Assembly (NCBI GenBank): GCA_965287045.1
Contig: OZ336885.1
Span: forward strand, 61,876,001 to 61,940,000
Reading direction: 5' to 3'
DNA: 64,000 nucleotides
Origin: Carcharhinus amblyrhynchos
Taxonomy: Eukaryota
Position numbers and translations under genes: made by a program. Positions 63,079 to 64,000 of the stretch are shown here, piece after piece (the first letter of the stretch is position 1; each line of letters begins with the position of its first letter). The notes beneath the pieces are model-generated. The model was not told the DNA's origin, searched no databases, and saw nothing but the letters and a program-made list of their open reading frames with translations.

Positions 63079-64000
63079 GGGTGCCCCGGGAATGAGGTGG
63101 TACAAGCGGCTGCAATCTGTTTGTCATCTGATACAGAGGAGATACCCATGGCTACCGTGAAAATAGGGGATAGCCATTTGCAGCTGCTGGTGGACACCGG
63201 CGCTACAATGTCCTCCGTACCACTCTCCGCGGGGTTACCAGTTAGCGATTCTACCATAGTCAGCGTGGGAATTGCCGGAATCGCTATGCGCGAATCCCTG
63301 TCCTTACCCGTAGATTTAGAGATCCGAGGTAATAAAATAACAGATACTTTTATCGTTTCTAAAACAGCTCCTATTCCCCTACTGGGAAGAAGCGCTCTCT
63401 GCAAATTAGGGGCCACAATTTACTGTACAGAGGAGGGAATGTTCATGGAACTACCCTCAATACGAGCACACCAGTACTATGCAAATGTTGCCCGACCCGC
63501 TATTCCTGATACTAATAAACCAGAACCGATTTTATATTGCTGGCAGTTGGATGGCAACCCCTATTCACAGCCAGTGCAGAGACTGCTGCTAGCGTTAGAC
63601 CAAATTACGGGTTCGCTATTTGAAGGATTGAAATACATCCTCCAGACGAGCTCCGAAAAAGCACGACTCCACTGTACTGCCCGCTTCATGTATGAAGACA
63701 CGGCAGAATATACTCAGCTGGTACAGTCGCATCTGGGCGCAGAGGACGGCTTGGAAGGATCCCCCCACATATATTTTGGACCCCAAGGGGTGGGGACTGA
63801 GGTCTACCTAACGAAACAACAGCAAGCGCGATTTTGGGAGAACGACTCGATCCCTCATCTTACAATAGCCACAAAACCCCCGGCTGAGAACAGAAAGATC
63901 GGACCTATGATATACCGTTTACAGCAACAGATGCAGGCAGCGGGGTATCAACCTTGGGCGCAGGCTACAGTACCCGTGGGCAGAACTGTCTTCCAGATAG
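63079..64000 (+). CDS. pol: Pol N-terminus: aspartic protease followed by a putative 2H phosphoesterase domain (open to window end)
   Basis: In frame after the gag TAG with no stop for 307 codons; LLVDTGATMS and PLLGRSALCKLGATI (protease); then LHCTA (63667) and PHLTI (63853). Confidence 0.92.

Larger units (their letters stand above)
60432..64000 (+). mobile_element. Endogenous retrovirus 2 (class I, epsilon/gamma-like), 5' half; runs off the window
   Basis: LTR, PBS, gag with one CCHC knuckle, in-frame TAG then protease. Confidence 0.96.

Noticed and set aside
61233-63416. Antisense ORFs over gag-pro as accessory genes
   Set aside because: Short shadows of GC-rich coding sequence with no motifs

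Overview
Eukaryotic, transposon-dense DNA with no recognisable host protein-coding gene. The repeat set (CR1 LINEs, V-domain/HE1-like SINEs, Penelope ends) points to a cartilaginous fish; that assignment is inference. Contents: many CR1 fragments of different ages; a deleted provirus on the minus strand (4491-9073: two diverged LTRs, tRNA-Phe PBS, coiled-coil gag remnant, integrase tail, gamma-type env) inserted into a SINE; two very old Gypsy relics; piggyBac and hAT relics; Rex1-like LINE pieces; Penelope ends carrying hammerhead cores; and the 5' half of a young provirus (60432 to window end: LTR, tRNA-Ser PBS, gag, TAG-readthrough pol). The most notable signal is in that young provirus: after the protease, pol carries a domain with two HxT motifs (LHCTA ... 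PHLTI), which looks like a 2H phosphoesterase. Second is a SINE subfamily (2 copies) with a decayed tRNA head and an extra, strongly base-paired ~130-nt 5' leader. All calls come from reading and hand translation, no searches were run, and the boundaries of decayed elements are approximate.
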